Made by a program: the position numbers and the translations under genes
Shown: positions 63,587 to 64,000 of the stretch, piece by piece
Position numbering within the stretch: position 1 is the first letter of the stretch
Layout of the letters: the number at the start of each line of letters is the position of its first letter
Notes under the pieces: generated by a model
The model's database searches: none
Seen by the model: only the letters and a program-made list of their open reading frames with translations
Told to the model about the DNA's origin: nothing
From: a virus
Taxonomy: Duplodnaviria; Caudoviricetes
Virus record (IMG/VR): IMGVR_UViG_3300020049_010034
Location: 32,914-96,913 of that record
Direction: 5' to 3' (one strand)
Length of the DNA: 64,000 nucleotides

Positions 63587-64000
63587 TTAAATTAAATTAT
63601 AAAACGATCCATCAGATACAAGTATTGCAGAACTTCCAGCGGTAAGCGCGTAGGTGTTTACTGCTGAAGTTGTGTAAATCTCATTCGCTGCTGCAGTTGT
63701 ACTTACTGTAACAGTCCCAGACCCACGATTTTTTAAGAACCATTTCGTGTTACCTGTTCCAGATACCGCTGGGAGGGTCCAAGTTGAGGTGGTTCCTGTA
63801 AAGACATAATCTGATATTTCTGCGGATAGAGTTAAAGTACCCGCTGATGATGTGCTTACTCGTGTTTTTTCCATGACACCGCGAGTTGCACCCGCAGCCG
63901 TAGTGAAAAAGTTTGTTCCGTTATACTCGACAACACCTGCCTCGGGGGTTGATAAAAGTGTTCCAGATGAAAACTTTATTGGCCCAGTGTTTGCGCTTGC
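63587..64000 (-). CDS. tail fibre-like structural protein, C-terminal part (truncated by window)
   Basis: Frame open to the window end; TWTLPA...FLKNRGSGTVTV...L.SDGS fibre-type module. Confidence 0.65.
   Translation of the reverse strand, partial: ASANTGPIKFSSGTLLSTPEAGVVEYNGTNFFTTAAGATRGVMEKTRVSTSSAGTLTLSAEISDYVFTGTTSTWTLPAVSGTGNTKWFLKNRGSGTVTVSTTAAANEIYTTSAVNTYALTAGSSAILVSDGSFYNLI

Noticed and set aside
1-64000. Genome-wide stop-codon reassignment (TAG to Gln or Trp)
   Set aside because: Long genes up to 1999 aa are uninterrupted in the standard code, and several genes end at a TAG followed by a promoter or new gene (9774, 29915, 35798, 41970, 63018). Only one in-frame TAG was found.
1-64000. 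Prophage or integrative element, and a specific host assignment
   Set aside because: No integrase, repressor, att site or host housekeeping genes are visible. The host cannot be determined from this sequence beyond a probable diderm envelope.

Overview
A 64 kb internal segment of a large lytic tailed dsDNA phage with a contractile (myovirus-type) tail. It uses the standard genetic code, and no integrase, CRISPR array or rRNA was seen. The tail genes fall in three separate blocks: fibres (10.5-19.1 kb, minus strand); tape measure, hub and spike (23.3-29.9 kb, plus); tail chaperones and baseplate wedge (48.8-60.4 kb, minus). Long runs of small early-type genes behind sigma70-like promoters lie between them. 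Recognisable non-structural genes: primase, ClpP-like protease, PLP aminotransferase, cold-shock protein, PcfJ-like protein, thioredoxin, dUTPase, T5 A1-like metallophosphoesterase, DEDDh exonuclease, three free-standing homing endonucleases and an SLT endolysin module. The most interesting locus is 35.8-38.5 kb. A Mu Mom-family adenine-modifying GNAT enzyme sits about 1.8 kb downstream of an aberrant tRNA-Gly(UCC). That tRNA keeps the glycyl-tRNA synthetase identity elements but has lost the ribosome and EF-Tu features. Two or three structured ncRNA candidates and a tRNA-Met lie between them. My inference is a phage DNA-hypermodification system carrying its own non-proteinogenic glycine-donor tRNA. 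Other observations: a tRNA-like gene with a 7-bp anticodon stem, a recurrent AATCT(T) candidate late-promoter motif, and several apparently leaderless genes. All family calls come from motif recognition by eye, not database searches.
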